Positions 54,928 through 64,000 of a stretch of 64,000 nt of DNA are shown here, one piece after another (position 1 is the stretch's first letter; each line of letters starts with the position of its first letter). The notes below the pieces were generated by a model. That model was not told the DNA's origin, ran no database searches, and saw only the letters and a program-made list of their open reading frames with translations. Source of the stretch: an uncultured Planctomycetaceae bacterium (lineage in GTDB: Bacteria > Planctomycetota > Planctomycetia > Planctomycetales > Planctomycetaceae). The position numbers and the translations under genes were made by a program. Where the stretch lies: NCBI GenBank assembly GCA_963976765.1, contig CAXBME010000012.1, positions 124,001-188,000 of the forward strand. The letters run 5' to 3'.

Positions 54928-56235
54928 ATGAATCTCTTCGCAAAGGCTGAAGCCAGTCATCTCGACAAAGCGAAACCGTTGGCCGCTCGAATGCGTCCGC
55001 GAAACCTCGACGAATTTGTCGGTCAGCAACATTTTCTGGGCGAAGGAAAGTTGCTCCGCCGAATCCTTGCTGCCGACCGACTGTCGTCAGTCATTTTTTA
55101 CGGGCCGCCCGGCTGTGGAAAAACGTCGCTGGCCGAAGTCATTGCCGGGCAAACAAAGTCGGTCTTCTCGCGATTGAATGCCGCCTCGGCTGGAGTCAAA
55201 GAAGTACGGACTCTGCTGGATCAGGCTCGCGACCGACTGGCCACGGGTGGTAAGGCGACGCTGCTTTTCGTCGACGAACTGCACCACTTCAATCGAACTC
55301 AGCAGGACGTCCTACTGCCGGATGTAGAGTCCGGCGTTGTTCGACTGATCGGGGCGACAACTGAGAATCCATTCTTCTCGCTGGTATCGCCGCTCGTCAG
55401 CCGCAGTCAGGTGTTCGAGTTCAAACCGGTTGAACCACAAGACGTGCGAACCGTCCTTCGGCGAGCACTGACCGACTCGGAACGAGGACTTGGCGATCTG
55501 AAGGTTTCAGCGACCGAAGAAGCCGTCAGCTTTCTTGCTGAAGTTTCTGATGGAGACATCCGCCGTGCATTGACCGCGCTGGAGATCAGTGCGTTGTCAG
55601 TTCCGGGAGCAGAGATCGATCTCGCCATCGCGCAGGAATCAATTCAAAAGAAAGCGATTCAGTACGACGACGATGCCCATTACGACTCCGCGAGCGCATT
55701 GATTAAGAGTATGCGGGGCAGCGATGCCGATGCGGCGGTCTACTGGCTGGCTCGAATGCTGGAAGCCGGCGAGGATCCGCGATTCCTCGCGCGTCGAATC
55801 GTGATTGCGGCGTCTGAAGATGTCGGCAACGCCGATCCTCAGGCACTGGTCATTGCGAACGCTGCCGCTCAGGCAACGCTGATGGTAGGAATGCCCGAAT
55901 GTCGGATCATGCTGTCTCAGGCAGCAACGTACGTCGCCCTGGCCCCGAAATCCAACGCCGCCTACGTCGCGATCAACGAAGCCATGCAGGACGTTCGGGA
56001 AAGACGAGTCCTGCCGGTTCCCACTCACCTGAAGGATGCTCACTACAAGGGAGCCGAACGGCTCGGACATGGCGAAGGCTACGAATACGCTCACAACTCC
56101 GACGAAGGCTGGGTCGATCAGGATTACCTGGGAATCGACCGATCCTACTACCGGCCAGTCAATCGCGGCTTCGAAGTTGAACTGCAACAACGCATGGATG
56201 CCATGAAAGAACGGAAGACATTCAAACCGACGTAA
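54928..56235 (+). CDS. rarA: Replication-associated recombination protein A (MgsA)
   Basis: PLAARMRP, GPPGCGKT, VDELHHF, GATTENP, KSMRGSD, ASEDVGNADP, APKSN. Confidence 0.96.
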   Translation: MNLFAKAEASHLDKAKPLAARMRPRNLDEFVGQQHFLGEGKLLRRILAADRLSSVIFYGPPGCGKTSLAEVIAGQTKSVFSRLNAASAGVKEVRTLLDQARDRLATGGKATLLFVDELHHFNRTQQDVLLPDVESGVVRLIGATTENPFFSLVSPLVSRSQVFEFKPVEPQDVRTVLRRALTDSERGLGDLKVSATEEAVSFLAEVSDGDIRRALTALEISALSVPGAEIDLAIAQESIQKKAIQYDDDAHYDSASALIKSMRGSDADAAVYWLARMLEAGEDPRFLARRIVIAASEDVGNADPQALVIANAAAQATLMVGMPECRIMLSQAATYVALAPKSNAAYVAINEAMQDVRERRVLPVPTHLKDAHYKGAERLGHGEGYEYAHNSDEGWVDQDYLGIDRSYYRPVNRGFEVELQQRMDAMKERKTFKPT

Positions 56236-56453
56236 TCAGTCGAAACGGTGAAACTGCGGGCAACGGTTCCTTGAATGATGATCACGCCTTGTAGACTCAG
56301 TTTTGGAGCGATTCCGTTTCAGTTGTTGAATCCTGTCGCGAGGTTTCGTTGTAGAGACTCGGCGACTCCTGGGATCTGGTATCCAGCAGGAGCAGCCTGT
56401 ACGCTGCGTGACGAATTGCACGGCTGAGTGCGGAGAACTCTTCGAGGACTGCG

Positions 56454-56657
56454 ATGCAGAATCGACGATGTAAACGACCTGCAAACTCAATCCGTCTGGC
56501 AACCGGCCACCAACGTGCCGGGGCATCGACTCTTGATTATATTCTTGTTCTCGGAGTCATCCTGCCGATCATGGCTTTCGCCATCCCGACCGGCAAACGG
56601 ATAATTCAACTAACCTATGAAATGGTCTGCACACTCGTTGCATGGCCGATGATGTAG
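56454..56657 (+). CDS. Flp-like small prepilin (non-canonical)
   Basis: RAG/ASTLDYILVLGVILP; 67 aa; first gene of the second tad cluster. Confidence 0.65.
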   Translation: MQNRRCKRPANSIRLATGHQRAGASTLDYILVLGVILPIMAFAIPTGKRIIQLTYEMVCTLVAWPMM

Positions 56658-56734
56658 AGCCTCAGTCTCTGACCCGTTCGAGACAGAGACTCGACAGCCG
56701 CCTGACGAAAACGGTAGCGACAAGGAACAGTCAG

Positions 56735-56959
56735 ATGAGTTCGAAGGTCACATTTCGCGATCTGCTCCGCAAGGTTCACCGCGACGAACGAGGCGCCGTC
56801 AGCCTGGAGACGATTCTCATCATCGGAGCGATTGCGATCCCGATCCTGATCTTTCTGATCAAATTCGGCTGGCCCCGCATCCGCGACTACTTCAATCAGG
56901 GACTGGACGAGCTCGAAGAAGGCAGCAGCGATGCGGCGAACAATGGTGGACGAATCTGA
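56735..56959 (+). CDS. flp: Flp-like pilin
   Basis: HRDERG/AVSLETILIIGAIAIP; AAGGA RBS. Confidence 0.8.
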   Translation: MSSKVTFRDLLRKVHRDERGAVSLETILIIGAIAIPILIFLIKFGWPRIRDYFNQGLDELEEGSSDAANNGGRI

Positions 56960-57003
56960 TTCTGGTAACGCTGCTTCGCCAGATCGCATTTCAAGAAGAG
57001 TTT

Positions 57004-57073
57004 GACCACGGAGACACCGAATTACACGGGAGACAGTGAGTTCTATCCGTGTCATTCCGTGACTTCCGTGGTC
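57004..57073. repeat. Tandem-unit inverted repeat (ACACGGA family) between flp and the peptidase gene
   Basis: GACCACGGA-GACACCGAA-TTACACGGG ... TCCGTGTCA-TTCCGTGAC-TTCCGTGGTC. Confidence 0.75.
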
Positions 57074-57117
57074 TTATTTTTTCAGCGATCCAGTTTCCGG
57101 CAAAGTTCAGGACTCTC

Positions 57118-57675
57118 ATGGTTGCGGTTGGTGTGCTGCTGATTCTGCTCTGCGTTGCGGCCTGGACGGACGCGCGTTCGCACACGATTTACAACTGGAA
57201 CTGCTACCCCGGCATCGTCGGCGGACTGCTGCTGAACTCTGCTGGTTTGGGTTTATCCGAGCCGGGTTTTGACGGGCTCGGGTTTGCCACGACTGGTTTT
57301 CTCTGTTGCGGGATGATCATGCTGACCGCTTTCGTCTTTTTCCAGATGGGCGGCGGCGATGTCAAACTGCTGGCGATGATCGGCAGTTTTCTCGGACTTG
57401 AGTCCGGAATCGAAGCCCTGCTCTGGACGTTTTCTTTGGGATTTGTGCTGGGCATTTCGGCCATCATCTGGCGTCATGGGAGCATTGCTCTGGTACGTCG
57501 GGGCGTTGAACACTCGGCGGCAATACTGAAAGCGCGAAGCTGGATCCCACTTAACCACGACGAAAAGAAGCCGCTCGAACAGGGGTTGTTTCTGGCCCCG
57601 TCGGCGCTGATCGCGGTGTGCATTGTCGTCTGGCCGGAAGTCAGCGACGCTGTCTCTGAGCTCGGTCGTCCCTGA
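57118..57675 (+). CDS. cpaA: Prepilin peptidase, A24 family (CpaA/TadV)
   Basis: AWTDARSHTIYN (first Asp) and MGGGDVKLLAMIG (second Asp); several hydrophobic helices. Confidence 0.92.
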   Translation: MVAVGVLLILLCVAAWTDARSHTIYNWNCYPGIVGGLLLNSAGLGLSEPGFDGLGFATTGFLCCGMIMLTAFVFFQMGGGDVKLLAMIGSFLGLESGIEALLWTFSLGFVLGISAIIWRHGSIALVRRGVEHSAAILKARSWIPLNHDEKKPLEQGLFLAPSALIAVCIVVWPEVSDAVSELGRP

Positions 57676-57807
57676 TAAGGGCGCATCCTGTCATGAATTC
57701 ATGATTTCCAGCTGTTTTGCGTTGATCGGCAGGTCGCTCCTGCGTATCACCTGAGGCCGTCGTTGCGCGAGCCGTTCTTTACCGAAGAGAGTTCCGGAGA
57801 CCTGGTT

Positions 57808-58851
57808 GTGAACCGTGCGGTTCTTCAAGCACTGCTGCCCGCTCTGACGGCCCTTGTCGCGGCATTGATTCTGCTGCGACTGGTGGTCCAGGCGAGCGGT
57901 GCGCGATTTCAGATGACTCGAATCAGGCAACTGCATCGCTCTGAAGAAGGGGCCGTTCAGTCGTTGAGTTTTGTCCTGACGCTGCCGCTGTTCATCATGA
58001 TCGTGATGTTTATTGTCCAGGTCAGCCAGCTGATGATTGGCATCATGGGCGTGCATTATGCAGCCTTCGCTGCGGCACGGGCCGCGATCGTCTGGACGCC
58101 CGCGCGACTCATCGGCAGCTCGACCAGTGATGCGGAAGAAATTGAGAACGAGCTTCAGCTGCCTCTCCAGGACGACGTTCCGATTAACCTCATCTTCAAC
58201 GGATCTGGTACCGGGATTCAGGAGTCGCAGGCTTCTGCCGCGTACAAGCTGGAAAAGGTTTTCGGAGCCGCCGCAATGGCCACCGCTCCTGTCAGCCCGT
58301 CGCGTCAAATGGTTGAGCAGGTTTTCTGTCCGCAGTGTGGCGTGCAGCCGTGGGCATTCCAGCAGATGTATCAGCGGCTGGTGCCATCGGCGCAGAGCAA
58401 TTCCAGAATTTCTGAGCGACTGCTCAACAAACTTTCGTACGCGTACTGGAACACGCGAGTGGAACTTGCCTTTTTCGACAAAGACACGCTCGACGGGCCG
58501 ACTTACAATCCGCGAGAGCTCGTTCTATTCGACGGTCTGCCACAACGAAACGACGAGGGAGAATGGATTCGTGCATGGGTTCCTCACGAAATCGGCTGGC
58601 AGGATCCCATTCGACTGACGGTCACTCATGACTTTGCGCTACTGCCGGGGCCCGGCCGTTTCCTCGCGAAATTTATCGTTCGAGCAGACGGCGAACCCGA
58701 CCGGGTTTCTTCGCGAGTCGAAATTCGCGGGGGCTCTGGTGACAGCGTCCCGTGGACACGTCCGTCCTACACGGTTCCCATTTCCGCGTCAGCCACGTTG
58801 ACGAACGAAGGCTTCAAACCTCTCCTGGCGTATGAACAGAACATCAACTGA
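57808..58851 (+). CDS. TadE-like protein with an extra N-terminal hydrophobic segment
   Basis: HRSEEG/AVQSLSFVLTLPLF, HYAAFAAARAA; GGAG RBS before the GTG at 57808. Confidence 0.75.
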   Translation: MNRAVLQALLPALTALVAALILLRLVVQASGARFQMTRIRQLHRSEEGAVQSLSFVLTLPLFIMIVMFIVQVSQLMIGIMGVHYAAFAAARAAIVWTPARLIGSSTSDAEEIENELQLPLQDDVPINLIFNGSGTGIQESQASAAYKLEKVFGAAAMATAPVSPSRQMVEQVFCPQCGVQPWAFQQMYQRLVPSAQSNSRISERLLNKLSYAYWNTRVELAFFDKDTLDGPTYNPRELVLFDGLPQRNDEGEWIRAWVPHEIGWQDPIRLTVTHDFALLPGPGRFLAKFIVRADGEPDRVSSRVEIRGGSGDSVPWTRPSYTVPISASATLTNEGFKPLLAYEQNIN

Positions 58852-58855
58852 AATC

Positions 58856-60523
58856 ATGCAACGGCTTGCGAGCACAATCTCGCGATGTCTGAAAGAACTG
58901 CCTCGTCGAGTTCACAACGACGAGCGCGGATCGATCAGCATCGTGACGGTGTTTACCCTGCTGATGTTTACGATGATTCTGGTGATGATCGTCAACGTCG
59001 GCACGCACATCGACGACAAACTGAAGATGCAGAACGCGTCGGATGCTGCTACTTATTCCGGCGGCGTTGTGCTGGCTCGCGGCATGAACGGTCTGGCGTT
59101 CTCGAATCATCTGCTCTCTGACGTTTTCGCCATGACAGCGTTTCTTCGCGAGGGTCGAGACCGAAATGCGGAGAGCCTGACTCCTCCCGTGCTGGACGCC
59201 TGGACTTTCGTCGGGGAGACGTTGTCCACGGCTGAGTTTCCCAAATTTGCGGAACTCGGTCCTGCGATCGTCGACAAGGTTTTCAAAGAGCAGGAAGCCG
59301 TCGCGGCTTATGGTGAGCTCACCGCCGCGGCCTCAGAACTGAGCCTCCCGGTCTTTGAGCACATTCTTGCCAACCAGTTGATCGGCGAGTTTCAACGCAG
59401 CCTGCTGCAGACGGTGCCGGAGTTGGCTCAATCGGTCACCGACGAAGTTGCCAGGCGTCACGGACTGCTTGGACCGAGCCGTCAGGAAGGATCATCAGAA
59501 CTGCAAGCTGAGTACGAACTGAAACGCGGCAGTCAGCGCGCGATTCTCTGGCGAACGACCGTTCTGCCGGTTGCGCTCGACGACGAGTCGGACCCGCTGA
59601 CTCGAACGATGCCTGTCGTCGATCCAGATCCGTTTCAGAATGATTACCCACAACTGCTCGATGCGGACGTTTATCTCGAAATCGCGTTGCGACAACGTCG
59701 AAACGTGGCTCGCCGGTTTCTAAACGACTGGAACTTCGACCGCCTGCGGCTCTTCAATCACGACGCCAAGATGTCGGCCTACTTTCACCTGTGGAGAATC
59801 GCGACCTGCGGTCAACTTGAGCGGTTGCTCAACATCGAATATCCCGTAACCAATGTCCCGATGCTGTTGCGATTCACGAACGTCGACGAGCCAATGGAAA
59901 ATCTGATCCGTCGCGCCGAGCGTCCTGACGAAAGGACTGTGCTCAATCGACGGAGGGATTCTGACTTCCCGTGGGTCATGAACAACCTGCGAAGCCTTGT
60001 CGATCTGGATGGGTATATTGAGGACAACTTTCACTTCATCGGGGTAACGTACCGGCGGCACCGTGCCGAACTCGGCCCCGGTTTATTTATCAATCCATTG
60101 AAGACGGACGCTGACGCGCAGACGTTTTCTCAGATTTCCCTATTTATCCCTCGCCCACGCAAATACCTGATTCATGTCGGTGAACCGGCAGCTGACGACG
60201 GAGACGGAACTGATGAAGTCAGTCTTGGTGGCACATTCGGATTCACCAGCCAGCTGGAAGTTCCGAGAAACCGGCCCCCGGCTGTCACACCACCGGAGAG
60301 CGATTCGCTCGAACGAGTTCTGCGTGAGCGCTGGCTGCTCGAAAACTATCCGACGCACTGGGATCTGCTGAATCAGAACTGGATGGTTCAACTGATTCCG
60401 GCGACCGCTCAACGACTTCCGGAGATCCTTCAAACCAATCCAGGCGGCGATTTCGCGGACGTTCGCCTTCCGGATTATGGCGAAGATGAAAACAACATCC
60501 TCAAGCGAGTTAATACTCACTGA
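58856..60523 (+). CDS. TadG-like protein
   Basis: HNDERG/SISIVTVF, transmembrane helix, KMQNASDAATYSGG Tad motif. Confidence 0.8.
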   Translation: MQRLASTISRCLKELPRRVHNDERGSISIVTVFTLLMFTMILVMIVNVGTHIDDKLKMQNASDAATYSGGVVLARGMNGLAFSNHLLSDVFAMTAFLREGRDRNAESLTPPVLDAWTFVGETLSTAEFPKFAELGPAIVDKVFKEQEAVAAYGELTAAASELSLPVFEHILANQLIGEFQRSLLQTVPELAQSVTDEVARRHGLLGPSRQEGSSELQAEYELKRGSQRAILWRTTVLPVALDDESDPLTRTMPVVDPDPFQNDYPQLLDADVYLEIALRQRRNVARRFLNDWNFDRLRLFNHDAKMSAYFHLWRIATCGQLERLLNIEYPVTNVPMLLRFTNVDEPMENLIRRAERPDERTVLNRRRDSDFPWVMNNLRSLVDLDGYIEDNFHFIGVTYRRHRAELGPGLFINPLKTDADAQTFSQISLFIPRPRKYLIHVGEPAADDGDGTDEVSLGGTFGFTSQLEVPRNRPPAVTPPESDSLERVLRERWLLENYPTHWDLLNQNWMVQLIPATAQRLPEILQTNPGGDFADVRLPDYGEDENNILKRVNTH

Positions 60524-60539
60524 TCATTCACTCGAACCA

Positions 60540-60609
60540 GCAGGGTGAAGCCTGCCCACCATGATCCACGACTGGTTTACAAATTGCTGGTGGGCAATGC
60601 CCACCCTGC
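60540..60609. repeat. REPIN-like doublet (GYAGGGTGGGCANTGCCCACC family)
   Basis: GCAGGGTGAAGCCTGCCCACC (60540-60560) and inverted GGTGGGCAATGCCCACCCTGC (60589-60609). Confidence 0.75.
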
Positions 60610-60651
60610 GAATTGAAGACCTCATAAAAACTGAATAGAGATCAACGGTGC

Positions 60652-61842
60652 ATGACGACGCCACCGACGAAGATTAAGAGAGTACGCAGACTCATGAAAA
60701 ACTACGGAAAACAGAAAATGACACGGAAAGGGACGCCGACTTCTGGTCGCCGCACGTCTTCCATGTCATTCCGTGCTTTCAATGGTTCTCAATTCTCAAA
60801 CGAAGAAAAGAGCAGATTTACGGCGCCACGCGCTGGTCTGGCGCCACTCGAACTGACTCTCAGTCTGCCAATCATGCTCTTTGTCATGGGGTTAATGATC
60901 ATTGTTGGCACAGCAGCATCGTGGAAAGTTCGCACCGTCACCAACGCTCGACAGATCGTCTGGAGAGCGATCGATCCGCGCGATGGTGACGAGGATCCTC
61001 ACAGTCGAGGCTGGCCTGACAGTGCCCGCATGGAAACGGAAAGTGGCAGCTCGGCAATTGACTTTGATCCATACGCAGACCACGCCGTCGTTCGTGGCCA
61101 GCCGCTGTCAGCATCTACGGGTGAGCAGCTTCAGGTTCGAGAATCTCTTTTCGACATGCAAACCGGACTGACCAATGGTGTGGCCGAACTCGAACGACCG
61201 TTCCCAGTGATGGGCAACATGCCGCCGAGACAAATCCATCTGCTTCGCGAGCATCCACTGCTTTCACGCGACTGGCAGTTCCGCGAGATGGGGCTTACCT
61301 CGAACTCGCAACGAAGGATTCTGTTTCTGTATCCCGCTGACTACGAGCGGTCGCTGAGCAGCTTCATTCAAAGATATCACCAGGCCGCGCTGGCCATTGT
61401 TCAGAACCCGCTGAACCCGATTCTCGAAACACTCGACAACGACGACGAACTGCGCAATCCCGTGCCGTCCGGACTGACTTACAACCCACCCTACGGCATC
61501 GGTCGAGCGCCGGACTATCACATGCCGGAAGGTTCGCCGCGAGGTCTCCTGTTGAACCCGGACCGAGTATGCTCAACAAATCGGAACGAGCTGACGGAGA
61601 CGGTGATCAACCCACTGGTGTCTGCAACCCAGCGCGTTCCGCAACGTCTCACGCGGGATTTTCTGAGGATGTATCGCGGACATCTGGCACACATCGATCG
61701 ACTGCTCGAAATCTACGACAATCCGAGAACGCCTGCCGCGACGAAAACACTGATTGCCCCGTTCGTTCCGGCCATGAATCGCGATCGCCCGGATCTGGAA
61801 GCCCGCATCGAACAGCTCGAAACGTTTCAGCGGTCGCTCTAG
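60652..61842 (+). CDS. TadE-like protein (start codon uncertain)
   Basis: RAG/LAPLELTLSLPIML prepilin motif plus hydrophobic helix; alternative ATGs at 60694, 60718 and 60763. Confidence 0.72.
   Translation: MTTPPTKIKRVRRLMKNYGKQKMTRKGTPTSGRRTSSMSFRAFNGSQFSNEEKSRFTAPRAGLAPLELTLSLPIMLFVMGLMIIVGTAASWKVRTVTNARQIVWRAIDPRDGDEDPHSRGWPDSARMETESGSSAIDFDPYADHAVVRGQPLSASTGEQLQVRESLFDMQTGLTNGVAELERPFPVMGNMPPRQIHLLREHPLLSRDWQFREMGLTSNSQRRILFLYPADYERSLSSFIQRYHQAALAIVQNPLNPILETLDNDDELRNPVPSGLTYNPPYGIGRAPDYHMPEGSPRGLLLNPDRVCSTNRNELTETVINPLVSATQRVPQRLTRDFLRMYRGHLAHIDRLLEIYDNPRTPAATKTLIAPFVPAMNRDRPDLEARIEQLETFQRSL
60700..60787. repeat. Tandem-unit inverted repeat (ACACGGA family) within the 5' end of the TadE-like ORF
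   Basis: AACTACGGAA-AACAGAAA-ATGACACGGAA ... TTCCATGTCAT-TCCGTGCT-TTCAATGGTT; similar to 57004-57073. Confidence 0.65.
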
Positions 61843-61863
61843 CCCCCTACGGAGCGAAACACG

Positions 61864-62913
61864 ATGCAGGAAACTGATCGCAACTCGAATGCCGCAACGA
61901 CTGCATCGGAAGTCCCCGCACATCCGATCGGTGAATCATCGCTTCGAAAGGCTGCCCGGCAGATTTCCAAACGGACGACCGATCTACTGGCGATGTCCAT
62001 CGTTGGTATTGGAGTCCTGACGGTCAGTGGTCGCCTAGTCGAATGGTGGCACACGGATCCGGCCATCGTCGCGTCTACTGCGGCGTCCGCTCAGCAGTCG
62101 GCTGGCTCTGCGATCCGCTGGGGAGTTGGCGAATCGGCCGTCAGTATTCTGACCGGCGACCAGACGGTTCGCATGGAACGAAAAGTCATCTTCGGTGACC
62201 AGGATCGCGTTGACAGCATTCTGTTGGACCGCCTGATCAGAATGCTCGAATCAGACACAGCTCGGCCCATACCAGAATCGGGAGAGAAATCTGCCGAGCA
62301 GCAAACACGATTGCTCGGCCTGCTTGCGACTCTGACACCAATCAAAAGTCGTGAAGGTCGCTGGAGCATTTATCGGCTTGACCAGACAAACAATCCCCTG
62401 CCCGGCAGCTTTCTGATGGCAACAAGTTCCGCAGGAACGCCGTCGAGTCCTGATTCACTCGTCGCCTGGGCAATCGCGACGCCAAGTGGCCCGCAACAAT
62501 GGACGTCTTTCCTGTTGACCCCAGCCGGAGTCGGTCACGGTGCCGGGCCTCACGTTACGCCGGTTCCGGATGACGGAAAGCTTCTGTTGTCATTGAGAAC
62601 GGACACGCATGATGAATTGACCGTGTTTCAACGATTCGATGCCCAGCGTTCAGACATCTCGCGATGGACTCAGAACATCAGCACACAGTTAACCACAGCC
62701 GGTTGGCAGCAGACACGTTCGTGGCAACAATCTGCAAACGCGACAGCGGCGAGATTCGAACGACGGATGATTTCGACAGGCCATCCGCGTCAGGCGATGG
62801 AACTGACTCTGTCGTTTTCTGAATCCGGCAGACTCACGGGCACCTCAAACGTCATCGCTCTTCCGACGCCGGAACGGGCGCCTTCCGACGCAGCCGAAGA
62901 CCACACCTCTTAG
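61864..62913 (+). CDS. Hypothetical single-pass membrane protein in the tad cluster
   Basis: GGAG RBS; one hydrophobic segment (LLAMSIVGIGVLTV); operon context. Confidence 0.7.
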   Translation: MQETDRNSNAATTASEVPAHPIGESSLRKAARQISKRTTDLLAMSIVGIGVLTVSGRLVEWWHTDPAIVASTAASAQQSAGSAIRWGVGESAVSILTGDQTVRMERKVIFGDQDRVDSILLDRLIRMLESDTARPIPESGEKSAEQQTRLLGLLATLTPIKSREGRWSIYRLDQTNNPLPGSFLMATSSAGTPSSPDSLVAWAIATPSGPQQWTSFLLTPAGVGHGAGPHVTPVPDDGKLLLSLRTDTHDELTVFQRFDAQRSDISRWTQNISTQLTTAGWQQTRSWQQSANATAARFERRMISTGHPRQAMELTLSFSESGRLTGTSNVIALPTPERAPSDAAEDHTS

Positions 62914-62929
62914 ACAGACAGTAGAAATC

Positions 62930-63658
62930 ATGAAGGGTATCCCTGGACTCATCATTGCCGCGACGCTGGCAATCGCCGGTGGCATCTGCAACTGGCTGTA
63001 CATTGCCAGGCAGGCCGATCGCTACGAGCGTGAAAGCTTCGTCGTCGTGCGGGTCGACCAGATCCGTGCCGGTGAAAGGTTCAAACGCGAGGATTTTGAC
63101 AAGGTCGAGATCCCCAGAAATAACCTTGGGAATCTCGAAAAGATTGCGGTTCGGTGGGGAGATCTCAGCACGGTCGTCGGGCAGTCGGCGGTTAAAGATT
63201 TTGTCAGAGACCAGCTCATCCTGCAGGACGATCTCAAGACCCCACCTCAGGAAAACCTCAATCGGAAGATTGGGCCAAACGAACGAGTCGTGTGGTTGCC
63301 GGTTGACCCTCGCTCGTTCAACCCTCAGCACGTCAATCCTGGCGACATGGTTTCTTTCCGAGTTCCAACCGGTATGAGCGGCAGCCCGTCACCCACGGCT
63401 GTCGGTGCTGAACCTGCTGCCGTACTCGAAGAAATCATTGGCCCGTTCAGAATTCTTGCCTTGGGAAATCGTAAAGGGACGCCTGAAACAGCACGGATCG
63501 CGGGCCAGCGATTCGGAGCCGAGAACGTGATGGCTGTCAGCGTCGAGATTCGAGGAGCGGAGCTGGAACCCAAGGCAAAACGAATCTTCGACATCGTCGC
63601 CATGACGAATTTCAAGGGTGTTCAAGTGCTCCTGCACCCGGCTGCTGACAACAGGTAA
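62930..63658 (+). CDS. cpaB: CpaB/RcpC-like SAF-domain pilus assembly protein
   Basis: N-terminal transmembrane helix, SAF-like segment (IRAGERF...VVGQSAVKD), ERVVWLPVD...VNPGDMVSF. Confidence 0.72.
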   Translation: MKGIPGLIIAATLAIAGGICNWLYIARQADRYERESFVVVRVDQIRAGERFKREDFDKVEIPRNNLGNLEKIAVRWGDLSTVVGQSAVKDFVRDQLILQDDLKTPPQENLNRKIGPNERVVWLPVDPRSFNPQHVNPGDMVSFRVPTGMSGSPSPTAVGAEPAAVLEEIIGPFRILALGNRKGTPETARIAGQRFGAENVMAVSVEIRGAELEPKAKRIFDIVAMTNFKGVQVLLHPAADNR

Positions 63659-63719
63659 CGGAATTGTCGCGAAGCTGCGGGTTACGACGGTCGCGAGGCG
63701 AAAATCGAGGATTGCTGCA

Positions 63720-63841
63720 ACTCGGTTTTCCGAGTGACCATACCAATCCGTCGCCTAACGAGGTCAGCCTCGGTATGCTTTTCCCCTTGCGGGCGCCCTT
63801 GGAAAGTACCAGCAGCTGAATAATCGGGACGCGAGTCTCGA
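63720..63841 (+). promoter_or_regulatory. Structured 5' leader of metX (candidate cis-regulatory RNA)
   Basis: Several mutually exclusive stems plus a GNRA-capped hairpin ending 11 nt before the ATG. Confidence 0.4.
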
Positions 63842-63852
63842 AAGAAATATCA

Positions 63853-64000
63853 ATGGCCAACGACGATTCCGAATTTCAACCCGATGACGATTCGATCGGG
63901 TTTGTCGAAACAAAGCAGGTGACGCTGTTCCAGGCACCGAATGAACTCTGCCTTGAAAGCGGCGTTAGATTCGGACCGATTGATGTCGCCTATGAAACTT
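63853..64000 (+). CDS. metX: Homoserine O-acetyltransferase, N-terminal part (3'-truncated by window edge)
   Basis: SIGFVETKQVTLF...LCLESGVRFGPIDVAYET matches the typical MetX N-terminus. Confidence 0.8.
   Translation, partial: MANDDSEFQPDDDSIGFVETKQVTLFQAPNELCLESGVRFGPIDVAYET

Noticed and set aside
63660..63852. Canonical SAM-I or SAM-II/V riboswitch call
   Set aside because: Core consensus motifs were not found by eye; kept only as an unclassified candidate leader.

Overview
A 64 kb, moderately GC-rich chromosomal segment with hallmarks of a Planctomycetota (probably Planctomycetaceae) genome; the taxonomy is inferred from the gene families present. These include a DUF1549/DUF1553 cytochrome protein next to DUF1501, sulfatases, DUF1080, an ECF sigma factor (TIGR02999-like) paired with a Ser/Thr kinase, and a WD40 protein. 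Housekeeping genes are monomeric icd, cspA, yjbQ, apgM, a purine-nucleoside phosphorylase, pyrF, rarA and the start of metX. There are two separate Flp/Tad pilin clusters, neither with an ATPase, TadB/C or secretin gene in the window. Cluster 1 is divergent from a sigma-54 activator, and the spacer holds a -24/-12-like element and two in-phase TGT-N12-ACA boxes. It adjoins a REC-HATPase / dual-FHA / STK / ECF signalling block. The most notable candidates for something new are: (i) an exported serine hydrolase fused to a region resembling a two-domain BPI/LBP (TULIP) lipid-transfer fold; (ii) an extracytoplasmic flavinylation locus with an ApbE-NqrM fusion, an exported FAD oxidoreductase and a double-FMN-binding/NosR-like/PGPGW fusion; (iii) a highly structured leader upstream of metX that does not match the SAM-I consensus by eye; (iv) several palindromic repeat families, one copy lying in a pilin leader coding region. 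A frameshifted IS200 tnpA remnant is present. No rRNA, tRNA or CRISPR array was seen. All product calls come from motif recognition by eye, not database searches.
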